A stretch of 64,000 bases of DNA, from positions 1-64,000 of the forward strand of contig JBMORE010000148.1 of assembly GCA_049322255.1 (NCBI GenBank), read 5' to 3'. The notes beneath the pieces were generated by a model that saw only the letters and a list, made by a program, of their open reading frames with translations, did no database searches and was not told the DNA's origin. Origin of the DNA: Myxococcota bacterium. GTDB taxonomy: Bacteria; Myxococcota; Myxococcia; Myxococcales; Myxococcaceae. Every line of letters begins with the position of its first letter. Within the stretch, counting starts at the first letter, position 1. This document shows, in pieces, positions 63,455 through 64,000 of this stretch. The translations under genes were made by a program, and so were the position numbers.

Positions 63455-64000
63455 ATGGACAAGGCACATATCCTCCGCGAGATTCAGCGCATGGCGAAGG
63501 CCAACGGCGGCATCGCGCTCGGCTGGCGGCGCTTCGGGGAGGAAACCGGCATCCGGTACTACGACTGGTACGGGCAGCACTGGACCCGCTGGAGCGATGC
63601 CGTCCGTGAGGCCGGGTTTGAGCCAAACCGGATGTCCGAGGCATACGACGAGGCGTTCTTGGTCGGGCAGCTCGCCCTGCTCACCCGCCGGCTGGGCCGC
63701 GTCCCGACGCAGGGTGATCTCCTCTTGGCGACAAGGAACGACCCTGAGTTCCCCTCCGAGAAGGTGTTCCGGCGTCTCGGCTCAAAACCAGAGCGTGCTG
63801 CCCGCATTCTCGCTCATTGCGAGACGAACCCCGGCTTCGATGACGTAGCGGCACTCTGGCGACAAGTTCCGACCGCCGGGCCGGCAACCACGGTTGTGGA
63901 AACCGAGGGCACGCCCGCCACGGTCGGTTACGTGTATCTGCTCAAGCACGGGAGCCGCCGCGAGTACAAGATCGGCCGGACGAACAACCCGCTCCGGCGG
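63455..64000 (+). CDS. GIY-YIG/T5orf172-like nuclease domain protein (truncated at window end)
   Basis: Open frame from ATG 63455 (or 63449), absent from the ORF track: MDKAHILREI...WSDAVREAGFEPN...GYVYLLKHGSRREYKIGRTNNP. Confidence 0.75.
   Translation, partial: MDKAHILREIQRMAKANGGIALGWRRFGEETGIRYYDWYGQHWTRWSDAVREAGFEPNRMSEAYDEAFLVGQLALLTRRLGRVPTQGDLLLATRNDPEFPSEKVFRRLGSKPERAARILAHCETNPGFDDVAALWRQVPTAGPATTVVETEGTPATVGYVYLLKHGSRREYKIGRTNNPLRR

Overview
High-GC window that looks like a myxobacterial (Myxococcota-like) chromosome, judged from gene content and protein style. The backbone is: TPR, cNMP and FHA genes; tldD-pmbA; a ParB-like gene; an NtrC-type sigma54 regulator; a complete type II secretion operon (gspCDEF-orf-GHIJKLMN) behind a sigma54 promoter; an FHA-sigma54 activator with an ECF sigma factor; a type IIA topoisomerase pair; a PEGA protein; sppA; and rho. 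Accessory genes are interspersed: a second gspC-like gene, a receiver-adenylate cyclase, FN3 and Cys-rich lipoproteins, two AAA_14/DUF4143-type ATPase-nucleases, VapBC and MazEF toxin-antitoxin pairs, a Ser/Thr kinase, a pseudokinase-ATPase-GAF-histidine kinase, an Hsp20/low-complexity protein/TPR-Lon protease cluster, and a truncated GIY-YIG/T5orf172-like gene. The most striking unexplained structure is a 33-bp element, CCCTCACCC-N3-CCCTCTCCC-N3-GGGAGAGGG (BoxC/intrastrand-triplex-like), present in 8 copies at 6 loci. It lies in frame in the N-terminal leader regions of GspD, GspH and GspK, supplies the parC stop codon, and repeatedly supplies an SD-like sequence plus an in-frame GTG. Also notable are AT-rich palindromes directly upstream of both AAA-DUF4143 genes, a sigma54 promoter plus candidate enhancer shared by both gspC copies, and a probable CTG start for gspF. 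All calls come from motif recognition by eye; no searches were run.
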